NCBI GenBank assembly: GCA_012295275.1
Contig: CM022670.1
Location: 744,001-808,000 of the forward strand
Length of the DNA: 64,000 bases
DNA from: Chrysomallon squamiferum
Taxonomy: Eukaryota; Animalia; Mollusca
Direction: 5' to 3'
The notes under the pieces are model-generated. The model saw only the letters and a list, made by a program, of their open reading frames with translations. It did no database searches and was not told the origin of the DNA. Of the stretch, positions 27,215 to 64,000 are shown in pieces. The position numbers were made by a program, and so were the translations under genes. Numbering within the stretch: the stretch's first letter is position 1; each line of letters opens with the position of its first letter.

Positions 27215-27319
27215 ACACACACATTAAAATGAAATACAGACAAACATATGAACAGATGGACTAACACACACACACACACACATTAAAATGAAATACAGAC
27301 AAACATATGAACAGGTGGA

Positions 27320-27360
<41 letters not shown>
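27215..27360. repeat. ~59-bp tandem duplication with (CA)n/(GA)n
   Basis: acattaaaatgaaatacagacaaacatatgaacag(a/g)tggactaac twice. Confidence 0.9.
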
Positions 27361-27361
<1 letters not shown>

Positions 27362-28377
27362 TGCACACAAAATTGTTCTTTTTCTGTAACAAACTTTGGC
27401 CTCTTATTTATTTTCTTTATCTCTAAAACTCATCTTAGATGTGTTATTACATTTATACTATTCATTGTAGCACACCTGGCTTTGTTAACTAAAAGCTTAA
27501 CCATAACCGTCTAATTTTAAGTAAAGTGACCGTGAAAAGGCAGACTTCGTTTCGTTAACGAGCGGAAGCTATCGTCTGCAGACGTCGCTAATCATTATTG
27601 GGCACGCGAGACCAGAATCTGAGATAAATGTTGTCTTTGAAGATGATAATTTGCCAAGTATGGATATGTTATTATTTGGAAATCTTGTCGTTTTAACTGC
27701 TTTGATATACGTTAATACTGTAACCAAAAGCGAAAATCTTTTATCACAGAGTAATTAAAAAAGTCATTGTTGAGTTATATTTTAACCTGTACAATTCATT
27801 TAACCGTGAATAACCGAAACCTAATCATCTGATGTAGCTTCAGAATATTATATTTATATTCATACCAGTGGCATTTTAAAAAAAAAAAACCAAAACCCTC
27901 ACCAATATGAATAAAATGGAGTGGGGTCCACGAACATAAAATTACCACCGAGTAAATAAAATCAATGACACAGAAATATATTAAATATAGTTAATAATTC
28001 AATATTGAGTTTTCACTCTCGGTCATATGTTGTTTTTTGTTTTGTTTTTCATGTATGTATGTATGTATATTCAGAGTTAATTCAGCTTTGACTGTTTTTA
28101 TATTCAGTTAGTAATTAATTATACATCTTCAGATCAATTTAATTTAACTGTATTGTGTTGCGTTTATTTTATTTTTACCGTAAAAGCTACACCCAATATA
28201 TTCTCTGCGTTGCCAAGTGAAATATTGGTCAGTTTCAGTGTGACGTTTGTGAAGTTTTTCCATTTATATTTGTTAGCATTTTATTATTTTATATTTTTTA
28301 TTTAGTTAGGTAAGTTAGTTATTTATTTTATTATTTTTATTATTTATTTATTTTTTATTTTACTTTATTATATATAT

Positions 28378-28418
<41 letters not shown>

Positions 28419-29149
28419 ATAGATAATTACGTTGAATTCAATACTGAGTTTACACGCATTCACTTGTAACAACAATCTGATTAACACCTCAGGTTACAGC
28501 GGGTAACAGGCACGTGCAAAAGTCGTCCACGGGACATCAAAGTAAGGTCATTAATTTTTATTGTTATATTTATTAAGTGTTACTATTAAACAATAAGTAA
28601 ACCCGACTTATCGCGTTTTGACGCTGGCCGTCTGACGCTGTTTGTTTTAGTATCTGTTTAATTTCCTCCCAGATCAGCAGGGCATCAGATTCCCAAAATA
28701 AGCTGTAGGTAATAAGCTGCACATGTTGGAAGAAAAGTGACACAATGAAAAGACGACTGATTTCTGGACACTAACTGAGATCGTGTTAGTTTTTGTTGTT
28801 TATCACAATATACAGCTGTTTTTCGCAAGCTGCAACTTGTTTGCAACGAAAACGACACTTCTTTATCCCGCTTTCTTTCCGTCTTTTACCCGTTGGCTCG
28901 CACGTGCAGCGCGATACAAATGGTTTAGGTTTTGTTTTTCTGTTTATTTGCAGTTGTTCACATGCAATTTTCGGGTAATTGTGAAAACAGCGAGAATGTA
29001 TGTAATTGCATGATGATAACAAATAACGAGCAATTAAGTAATTATAGAAAACACAGTGGCTGTTCGGTTATTTTGTAAATGTTTGGCAGTTGTTATCTGT
29101 TTATTTCGATTTTCTTTATGATTTTCTTTCTTTCTTTCTTTATTTCTTT

Positions 29150-29183
<34 letters not shown>

Positions 29184-30736
29184 CTTTTCTGGTTTGTTCC
29201 ATTCTTTCTTTTTTCCTTCCTTTTCAAATTAATTTCGTTTCATTTTATTTCTATTTTTAAGTTTACTCTTATTGCACTTTTAGCCATTTTATTTACTGCG
29301 CCCGATAGACAGATACAGAGAAAGACAGACAGACAGACAGGCAGACAAACAGATGTAGCAAAATAAACGACTGGAAATAAAGTACTTATTAATAAATCAT
29401 TCTATTTAATCTTTATCTCTTTTTGAAATTTTATCATAATTTAATTATTTCTTTAACTCTTAAAGTAACGAAGGAAAAACGTGAACTCCTAATTTGAAAT
29501 TTTAAAAAAAATAAATACATTTAATTTTTGTCACGATAAAATAAGAACAAAATTTATAATTTATTAGTGTCAGTGCAAATGCTTAAATTTAGTAGATTTT
29601 TAATATTTTATTTTAATTTTATTTCATTTAATTTCCCATATTTTTTTTAAATGTTGTTTTTTATTATTGTTATATATATATTTTTAAACATGACATCAAT
29701 CAGCGTATACACATTATACGGAATGTTTGTTTCTCAAGTTCAGTGCTGACTGTAGCCAAACTATGAACAGAACCAGGTGGATCCTTTTAACATGGTTATA
29801 AAACAGACATGTGTCCGGGACCAAGGGTGGATAACCTTCTGTGTGGAAATGGGAAAGAAATAGGCTGCAGCTTCGCATCGTCAGTTATTAGGACAAAGCC
29901 TCTTTTATTTTCCGCAATCCTGAATAAATATAGCAAACGACATAATTCAGTAATGATTGCATTAGACAGACCAAGATTTATGAAGAGTAGTGTGCTATCT
30001 GACCCACGAACGCGCTTTGACAATGGACGTAAGTGTACGTAAAGTGCCATTCGCTACAGATCTGCTGTTTTGTTTTATGCTGATAACTTATGCCAAAATC
30101 TGACATGGCTCTTAATACCAATTACAGACTTCTGTAAGTGCCAGAGGAACAAAGGTTTACACAGCGTGACATGAAATAGTTTGTTACTTATTTTAAAATA
30201 AACTGCTTCCTGCTTTTGCATCTTTTACAAAATATGCAAATTTCACGTTCGGAAGAAAACCTAAGTACAAACATCAGAACAAACGCGTTAGTCACGTTCA
30301 ACAGAATCTGTAAAACATAATCTAGGAAACTGGTTAATTTTCTATTTTGCAAATACTAAAGTATTTTTCGACAGTTCTACAATGAATAACAAAACCACTG
30401 CAACCAGTATAAAAATCATTTAACTGCGTCGACACTGACATTGTTGATGTTAAAATACTGAAACCTTAGACAGCTTGAGAAAACAAAACAACCGATGTAT
30501 ATTTTAAAATTTGTACGGGTGAAATGTTTCAGTTTGATGATGATGATGATGATGATTATCATTATTATTATTTTGAAAGTCCATCTGTCAGAGGGTAATA
30601 ATTTTGAAAACAGTCTGGCTAAAGTGAGGTTAACGTTCATCACAGATGTTAGTTTAATGATCTCACTAACAGTCACAGTATCAGTTTTATCTGTCTCGCT
30701 TTTTCTTTCATATATTTTTACTGTCAAACTGTTTGT

Positions 30737-30739
<3 letters not shown>

Positions 30740-30826
<87 letters not shown>
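30740..30826. repeat. (TC)n microsatellite
   Basis: Direct reading. Confidence 0.97.
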
Positions 30827-30828
<2 letters not shown>

Positions 30829-32485
30829 CCTAGTCATTTCCTTTAACGTTTTACAATATCTCTTTTCCTGTGTTTGTTGTATTTGTATTCCTTTCCTTTT
30901 CACAATATTTAATTTGCCACTTGCATTTTATTTATATCAATAACTGAGTAAGAATAACAACTAAGATAATATAATAGCAACACTAATGCCAACAAAACAG
31001 CAGCATCAACATCAACAACAATAACAGTAATTAAAATTGTAATATCAGTAATAAAATGTTAACAGTGATCATACAAACATGAGTTTAATGTTAAATTTCA
31101 TTTTGCTTAAACTCAGTTTTACTACAGTATATAAAAACGTGACATCGCCAGTTAATGTTGCAACACTCCCTATTATTTTTATCATCATCGTATTATGTAT
31201 GTGTACCTATTCTCGAAGATTGGGGGGAAAATCCATTGGACACACTACTGCTCGCGGATCGCACGATCCATCATACTTTGAGCAAGTGTTTGTACCAGTG
31301 AATTCTGTCTGGCCCCAATACAAATAACGCGGATATTAATAAAAATGAAATGAAAAGTCAATAGAGTAATATTTTTATTATGATAATTTACAAAGCACAT
31401 CTGAGTCTTCTCTTCAAGGTTCTCAATAACATCGTTTTCTCGATGAATACCACTAATTTTATCTGTCTCACACTTCGCGCAGTCTCTAACTGAGCATTAA
31501 ACCGAACACGAACTTCCCGTTCTGTCATCAGTATTGTTCAAAAAGCTACAAAAATACAGTGCATTTTCCATAAAAGCCTCGTATTTTCTTGTCGCTTTCT
31601 TATTTTTTCAGCGGAGAGGTCGTATAACGACATTTTGATTAGCCCTGGTCGATCTCAAAAGAGGATTTCGACATCTGGAGTTAGGGTCCCTGAAAAGAGT
31701 CGGAGTAACGTACCGGACAGATAGTGTTCAGACTGGTGCTTTACCTCCCCGAGGGCGCTGAGCTTATAGATAATATATTACACTTCACTCATCTTTCATT
31801 GTGTTCGTGTACAGCTGTTTCCGTTTCAACATACAGGCACAAAAAGCCCGCAACAAAAACTTTACTCAATCCTCCTCAAAAAGAGAGAAGAAACTGTTAG
31901 AAAAATAAAGAAGAAGAACAAGAAAGAAAAAGATAAAAGACATGACACACTGCGGTCAGTGTAGGTTATTCATCCGGGACCGCCGACATAACAACATTCT
32001 GTTAACCAAAAAGACAAACTGAATCACTTTTTTTTTTTTTTTTTTTTAGCAATGAATTATATAAAAGAGACATGTTATAGAATTTATTGATCGCACCGAC
32101 AAAACCTTTTCTCAATGTTTCCGTAACCGATAGGTCCGTCCTTTATAAATCGGCGTTAGGGAGGAAATAAAGTGCAAATGAATGAAAGAAAACTTCACAA
32201 AAAACCCACTCCAAACACGTGTGTGTATATCACAGTGGCAGTTACAAATGTATATCGAGTTTCACAAATCATCGAGCCACCTGGTTGCCACGTGGCATTC
32301 AACGTGTCGTCTGTTTGAAAATAAACTTCTGAATAAATAGTATAAATATCTTTTTCAAAAGTTTTTAGTTTTCAAAAAAAAAAAAAAAAAAAATCAATTT
32401 AAGGATATTTTTAAGAGAGAGAGAGAAGAAAAAACCTGATTTAAATATTTTTTTTATTATTTGTAATCACAACACGAAGAGAGAC

Positions 32486-32488
32486 GTG

Positions 32489-32519
<31 letters not shown>

Positions 32520-32633
32520 GTATGTATGTATGTGTGTGTATGTGTGCGTGTGTGTGTATGTATATGTGTATGTGTGTATGTGTGTGTATGTATGTGTATG
32601 TGTGTGTGTGTGTATGTGTGTGTGTATGTGTGT

Positions 32634-32710
<77 letters not shown>
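32486..32710. repeat. (TG)n/(TATG)n compound microsatellite
   Basis: Direct reading; explains the spurious Cys-Val ORFs. Confidence 0.97.
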
Positions 32711-32711
<1 letters not shown>

Positions 32712-35700
32712 TTAATGCAAAACCAGAGGAAGTAAGAAATACTTTTATTTAACTGTGCATAACTAAAATATAGCTTTTTCTTCTTCTTCTTCTTTTTTTT
32801 TTTAATGTACCTTCTAGTTAAATATTAAAGTCTATGAAAACAAAAATGTTTTTGAATACACCAGTCACGTGATATCTGATTCACTGATGTGTAAATTAAA
32901 AATTCCATATCGTCTCAAGACATGCGAAAGTATTAAAATACATTATGGGATTATAAACATGTCTAAATAACGTATGAAAATTATATTTTCAGAAACTGCA
33001 GCATAAATTAACTTTCTGTCTTAACACAACGCATATATTTAAATATGTTTTCAAGAAATCTCGATTAAACGTCAAAGTATCGCGAAAGTCTTAATTATAG
33101 GATCCACATTAAAGGCGTCTTATCAGAAAATCTTGAAACCAGATGTGAGAGTGACAACTATACGATCATATTGGGATTCTTTATGACGTATGGATATAAA
33201 AAGAAATAGATTATCTTTCCCTCTCTTTTGTAAAGAGCGAGATCAAATTCACTGCACTGCAAACATTTAAACAGAAGGCTTGTAAATCATCCTTAATTTA
33301 AATATTTTTACCTTCAGGTGATAGCGACCCGAAGACTGGGAGAACATCTTTAAGTTTTTAGAGCCTTTAACGACTGTTACCGCCTGGCAGGCGCGGCGCG
33401 TATCTGATAGTGTGATATTAATTCCAGCTTAACACCAACGGAATAGTTTATAATAAAGATATGCAAATAGGTAACAATATTTTGTGTTACAAAGGAGTTG
33501 GTGGCACTTATGATGATGATGATGATGATGATGATTATTATGATGAAGATGACGATGATAATTGTAATAATTATTATTATTATTACTGTTGTTGTTGTAG
33601 TCGTTGTTGTCGTCATTGTTATTATTATTAATATGATGACTGTCGTAAATGAAAAGATCAGTTTCAGAATTGTTTAAAATTCGAATCTAATTTCGTTTGC
33701 GTGACTGTTCCTTTTTCTTTAATACAATTATTAGCTTTATGACATATTAAATCATTGAATTCTTAGCATTTTTAGGCACAAAAATTTCTCAAAAGCTTTT
33801 ATAAGCCCTTTCACCTTCAAATTCGAATAATTTAAACTGTAGAGCTTATCTTGATCTTTCACCAAAATCTTTCAACAGAAAAAACAATAAGAAATATAAT
33901 AAAATAAATGGTAGTTTTCCATAATTATGTTGTTAGATTTTATCAAGTTTATTATGTTTTTAATTTTTGATGTTTTATATTTTATTTATTTGTTTAAGTT
34001 TTTTTATTATTATTATTATTTTTAAGTTTAACATCGAACAAACAAATAATAATAAATAAAAAAATAAATATAAAATAAAACAATATCGGGACATCTTCAG
34101 ACGACTTCAAAATTTAAAATTGCATGTATTTGTGCGGTTCATCCCGTGTAATTTTACTCCATCCTAGCCTCGTACATGCGTTTAAATTAATAGGCGAGGT
34201 TGCCCTCTCCTTTTTTGTCACTTTGACATACGAATGAACGATCGACCCAAATACACACCCGATTACACAGGGAAATTAAAATTATATGGGTAATTTTTTT
34301 ACGTCCCTTCTGTTTTGGAATCAGAGCATTTACATGTTGACATTGCTTGTGACATTTGGCATTTCTGATCATTCATAATACCCACAGGGAGGGTTCACGA
34401 CACCCTGGGTCCTGTTTGGACGTAAGATTTACATGCCTGGGTAGAAAGCCAAACATGGAAACTGATCCCGGTTATTTTACACATGAATGACTTTTTCAAA
34501 CAACGCGGTGAAACACTGGGGAAAAAAAGATCATTCGCTGAAACGAATTCTAAAAACTCTTTGCCACGAAACCTAAAATAAACACACCCTTGCTTTTACA
34601 TCGTATTCAGCCATGCCTATTAAAATTAATTCTCTTTCTTCGATTCTTGACATGCCACCACTCAACAGATGGCGCCATTTTCACCTTGGCACGTGCCATC
34701 GATTAGCTGCTGCGCGTGCCAGGTGCGAGCGTCAAGGCGCGTTGCCAAGCAATGGCGACGAAAATACCCCACTTGAGTTTAATAAAGAGCTGAATAGCGG
34801 TTTCAGCAAACATCGCGGTATGGTCACTCTATTTTTGAAAAGGCCGTTTGAAGACCACATCATTCGGGATAAGAAAAGACTCACTTATGAGTGAGAACGA
34901 AAATGTTACGTGATACTTTGACAGGAAGAACTCATTGTTGATAATTTATTTTGTTCAAATTGACGATTATGTCTCAAGTTCATGACAATCCTAACATCGT
35001 AAATCTGAATACGGCGCTGAACTCGAGTAATCTGCCATTAAAAGATTATGCTACACCAGAATACACATGCTGTACAACAACCTTAAACATTATTTTTCAA
35101 TTTATAAATTTAAATAACGAATGATTTCTTTCTCTTTTTTTTTAATGTACCCTTTTTCGGCAATTAACGTGAGATAGAATCCGAAATTTGTTTAAATCTT
35201 GTCTCAGTAACCTAAAAAAAAAGTAAAAGACTTTTATAACTATTAACTGGAGTTTAGATAGAAATAAAAATAAATATATAATGCAATCTAATTTAAGAAC
35301 GAGTGGAATGTTAATGTGTGTCTCAGGACGAACAAAATGAGATCTTCGACATGGCATGCGATTTAAAAACATGATGTTTTAACATACGTGAGTTTTTCAC
35401 ATAAAAGTGTCAGTGGTATTTTAAAGTGTATATTACGTAATATAAAGAAACAAGCCCCGAGGGATCTTTGTAAAAATTCGTACTCTTACGAATAATAACA
35501 AAGTAATCAACGAAAGGTAAAAATGAAAACACCTGCATTAAAATCGGAATATTATATATATATATATTTTCCTTTTTCTTTTTCTTATTCTTCGACTTCT
35601 TCTTTTATATTTTAAAAATCTTATTATTATATTTATTTATTTATTTATTTATGTTTATATTTATTAATTAAATTAGTTTATTTATTATCTCAGTCGATCA

Positions 35701-36119
35701 AATAGTGTATTCGTTTTATTCATCATCATCATTATTATTTGTGCAGTTCTTTGTGGAAATTATTTGTTGACTAGGTTTTCAACCAACAGATGCACCAATG
35801 TTTTGTTTTCTTTATTTGATTTTAGCCGTACATTTATTTATTTATTTATTTATTTATTTATTATATTTATTTTATTTTCTTATATTATTGGCTTTTAAAA
35901 AAAATTAATAATAATAATAGTAATAATACTGTATTATTATTATTATTATTTATTTTATTTTATTTTAGTTTTGTTTTATGACTATTTTAATATTGTTGTT
36001 ATTGTTATTATTATTATTTATTTATTTATTATTATTATTATTATTTTATTTATTGCATAAGAAGAATAACGAATCATGAAACTAGAATGATGGAAACCAG
36101 CAAATATTTAACATGACAA

Positions 36120-36554
36120 TAATATTAGCCTGTGGGTGGGGTAGCCCGGGCAGGGATCGTAAAACTATATCCTCAAACTGTCTCGTAATGAGTGAGTTAA
36201 TGGGGCAATAAAGACAGGCTCCAGTCAATGTTCTGTAAATTGATATTGGATTATTTACGCGAAATGTGTCAAAATGAAATTGTTTTTCTAATCTGCAGAG
36301 TGTGAAAAAACATTTTTTAGTTTATTTATTTGTTTATTATTTTTAATTTAATTTTCTTTTATTTTTTATTTGTTTTTATTTTGTTTGATTTGATTTTATT
36401 ATTATTTGTTTATTTTATTTTTTTAAAACGGTAATTTGGAGAGTAGGCTGAACTTGGAATATTATTTTAAACCACTAACTTTAATTTCTCTTGAGTAATT
36501 TATAAAGTTGTTGACACCTTGCCTTTTTACAATTAATTTTAAACAAAATTAAGA

Positions 36555-36652
<98 letters not shown>

Positions 36653-36697
36653 CCAACACACACAAATAGACGCAAACTTACACTTCATTATATCAAA

Positions 36698-36732
<35 letters not shown>

Positions 36733-37170
36733 AATAATAAAATAATAAAATAAAATAAAATAAAATTAAAAAATAAATAAATAAATAAATAAATAAATGA
36801 GAGAAGATGTATGTTATCTTGAAGACTGATTACGTTCTGCCAGTTTCAGATAATATATAACTCGGAGATACATTTTTTCTTCTTTATCTTAAATTTCTTT
36901 TCTTTAATTCTATTTTTCGCCAAAGATGAAGAAGGACACTACAGGCAGGATGATAAAGATAATCAGATATCTAAATTAATAATAATATTTGCCCGTGAGT
37001 CTGAAGGGACGGAAGCCCGGGGGAGAGTCGCAGTATTACACCCTGGTGCGATCTCTCAGCCAGTTAATTACTGAGGTAATAAAGATAGTCTCCCCTTAAT
37101 GTTCTCTAAATTGACATTGTATTGTTTTACGCTTGTGTGAAAATGCAAGCATTTTTATAACCTAAATGTT
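36120..37170. repeat. Two diverged direct copies of a ~170-bp non-coding element (36120-36290 and 36984-37165) separated by (TC)n and (AAAT)n
   Basis: Shared blocks agcccggg, aataaaga.ag.ctcc, aatgttct.taaattga.attg.att, tttacgc, tgtg..aaaatg. Confidence 0.8.
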
Positions 37171-37894
37171 TGCAGCTGATGATAAAATTAAAGGTCTTTT
37201 GTAACTTTGTATCGTACATATATTTTCTCTCTGTCTGTCTGACTGTGTCTCCATATGTGTTTATTTCTATCAATGATTGTGTTTCAAGATATACGCATAA
37301 ATAATCACCATCATTAACATCATTACTCTTTCCATTTTTTACAGATTTATTTTTAATCTAATCACTTTGGCATGAAAAGCAGGTGTTTTTTAGAAGGGGC
37401 GGGGTTGTGGCGGTAATGAACTAACATCTAAAAAATCCCAACAAAACAATATATAACAAAATATAGTGTAGCATGTTGTAAACATGGCTAATTTATAAAC
37501 AAACGAGAAAAGAAATAATGTATTTGTAAGACTACTGGAATTCCATCGCTTTTTTCAGATTAACTGAGATTATAAATATTTTAAATGAAATTTAATTTAA
37601 AGCAGATGTACTTAGTATTGTCCACCTTTTCTCAGATCTAGTTTCAAATTACACTTCTTTAGCAAATGGACATTTTATAAATGAAAATTTGATCGAGCCA
37701 CCCGCAAGAATGCAAAAATGGATGTACAAAAGAATTCGTTTCGTAAATTGAAAAACATTACGATAAACGCAGTTCTTTTTGTCTCTTGGACACAATTATG
37801 CAGATGTTGCGACCAGTTGTGTAACCTCAATTAATTATTCTGATATTCCAGGGTCAATTTAGCTGTTTAACAACAGGCAAAAATAAAACAGTGG

Positions 37895-38230
37895 ATTGAG
37901 ATCAAAGAAGACCCGCCAAATTATAAAACGGCGACCAATCACAGCAGAGCCTGACAAGTGACAAATGATTTCTCGCCGTCGGCTGTCACTGTGAAAAAAA
38001 AAAAAAGGTCTATCGTTCAATCACGTGACAGGAATACAATAGGCAAGTGTAATATGTAAATTAAACATTACTGCATCTTACACCGCATACGAATGGTCCG
38101 AATTCCGAAGCAAAACAAAAATAATCGTACCCTGCTGATGTAAACAATGTTACTTAACGCTCGCTTTATGCCGTATTGCCATTTTCATTCTGCATGTTTG
38201 AATGCACACACAATTAGTAAACAATTTGTG
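37895..38230. promoter_or_regulatory. Promoter/enhancer-like motif cluster ~1.2 kb upstream of the TTC6 first exon
   Basis: AGATCAAAG (TCF) 37899, CCCGCCAAA (E2F-like) 37912, TATAAAA 37922, CCAAT 37935, TCACGTGAC 38021, GTAAACAA (Fox) 38140 and 38217; CpG-rich. Confidence 0.45.
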
Positions 38231-39249
38231 GAAGCCAAGCTATTTGAAATTTTGAAACATACTGCAAGTGACTGAAATGTCAAATATTTAATTATGTATC
38301 CTTCATTTTTGAATTGATGTTATTTTAAGGTGTTAATTCTCTCTCTCTCTCTCTCTCTGCCTATTAATGTTACTTTTCTAATCAGTAAACCATAATATGG
38401 CCAGCGGTTAATGAAAGCATAATTTGAAAAACAAACGCTTTAATTTTATTATCATTGTATTAAACCTAAATTTATATGAAATATTTATCAAGAAATATTT
38501 TGAAATAACCAAAAACGGTAAAGTTTTCACAAAGTTGAAACTCGTTTGGGGTTAAATTGGGGATCGGTGTAATCTATAGGATTGGAAAACCATGACTCGA
38601 AAACTAATATTGTTAATAAATATTCCAAACTTTGTGGAAACCTATTACACTTTTTAAATGCATTTCGAAGTTTATATAAGACACTTCTAACAAAAGAAAG
38701 AAATAAACTTAACCTGGAAGAAATGGGAATTTACCAGTGTAACTTGCCATTTTCACCAAATTTTAACGTTGTTCTCAAAATTGATGAGCTCCATTATGTC
38801 AAAATAATGTTATTAAAATAACAAAAATCATTAACAAGTTATTTTATAATTATATATTTTTATTATTTATTTCTTTTAAAATTATTATTTGTTTTTATTA
38901 TACTATCAATACTTTGGTATATTCTGTAAAATTGAATTTATAAGGGGTTCGAATTGGTTCCAAAAGGGAAGGAAAAGAAGGCTGGTTTTCGTCCGACCTT
39001 TTGAAAACCGATTAAACACGATTAAAGGGAAATAACCGCTGACGACTATATAGGGGAAAAACCCCACGACAAACACCTGCTCAATAGACTGGAACTAGAC
39101 AAAATTTAATTTAGTTTTATATATGTACGTAATAATAGAACATTTATTTTGAACAAATATTTTTCCTTTTTAAAAAAAAATAATATTCTGAAATTTATTT
39201 TACAATAATAATGCAGTAGAAATAAAAAAAAAAAGCATTGTAATATCAA

Positions 39250-39476
39250 ATAGCGCAGTAATTCTCGCGTGGTTTTGTGCTTGTCAACCATAAACAATAT
39301 GGCCGTCAAATAACGTTTGCAGAAGCTTGTGAACCGCTAAATAATTATTTGAATGAATATAGAGTTTATCTGGCATTTCTTTTCATCTGGAAATATCACA
39401 TATACAATAATGGTTTTTAATTATTTTAAACTCTGAATTATTTTTGCTATCACCTCAGTTTTAAACATAATAAAAG
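39250..39476 (+). promoter_or_regulatory. TTC6: Probable TTC6 promoter and non-coding first exon (donor AAG|gtaagt at 39476/39477)
   Basis: Last CpG cluster before the CpG-depleted gene body; GTCAACCATAAACAA at 39283-39297 (forkhead TAAACAA plus degenerate X-box-like half); consensus donor upstream of the acceptor at 39704. Confidence 0.55.
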
Positions 39477-39645
39477 GTAAGTTAAGCAATATTTTAAGTG
39501 ATTGATCTGAAAATGCAACTTCTTTCAACAATGTGTGATGTGTCTTCCACCAATAACAACCATATGTGTGTTATAACTGTAATTTTTATTTTTTAATAAA
39601 TGCTTTTGTATTATGGAAACTGCATCATCTTCATCATTATCATTA

Positions 39646-39699
<54 letters not shown>

Positions 39700-39742
39700 T
39701 TCAGGTTAGGAGTGTTTGCTGGAAGTTTAAAACGTAAGCAAA

Positions 39743-63939
<24,197 letters not shown>

Positions 63940-64000
63940 GTAAGTTGAGTTTAATAAATATTTTATTTTAATACAGTTTTTAAAATCATTTGTAATATTT

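Noticed and set aside
29796-30050. Overlapping 77/84-aa ORFs and an AATGGCAC miRNA-seed-like word on the minus strand
   Set aside because: No protein similarity I recognise; sequence beyond the seed does not match miR-263/183-type matures and no hairpin is evident
32486-32752. Cys/Val-rich ORFs; likewise the poly-SL, poly-ER, poly-I/Y and F-rich ORFs elsewhere
   Set aside because: Translations of microsatellites and low-complexity AT tracts
34613-34894. 93-aa ORF in the CpG-rich island
   Set aside because: No recognisable domain or splice context; better explained as GC-rich regulatory DNA
25600-39340. FoxA gene expected next to TTC6 from vertebrate synteny
   Set aside because: No forkhead-domain coding sequence found on either strand in this interval

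Overview
AT-rich, microsatellite-rich animal genomic DNA. It looks like an invertebrate with a mosaic CpG pattern; a mollusc or other lophotrochozoan is my guess only. The + strand carries (i) the last three coding exons of a mitochondrial ribosomal protein L28 (MRPL28) gene at 23369-24428, preceded by >23 kb with no further + strand exon that I could find (a giant intron); (ii) a ~14 kb CpG-retaining intergenic block (~25.6-39.3 kb) full of regulatory-looking islands; and (iii) the first 41 coding exons (~1760 codons, phase-consistent except one frameshift) of a TTC6-like TPR gene from 39743, running off the right edge. Most notable: the MRPL28 intron holds a series of minus-strand ATG-short peptide-phase-1 donor exons, suggesting a nested antisense gene with many alternative promoters whose body lies left of the window. 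Also notable: a 16-copy tandem array of a duplicated 3' splice site in front of one TTC6 exon, a +1 frameshift at a C6 run in a TTC6 exon, a coding 21-bp VNTR, and an old duplicated non-coding element. All calls were made by eye, with no database searches.
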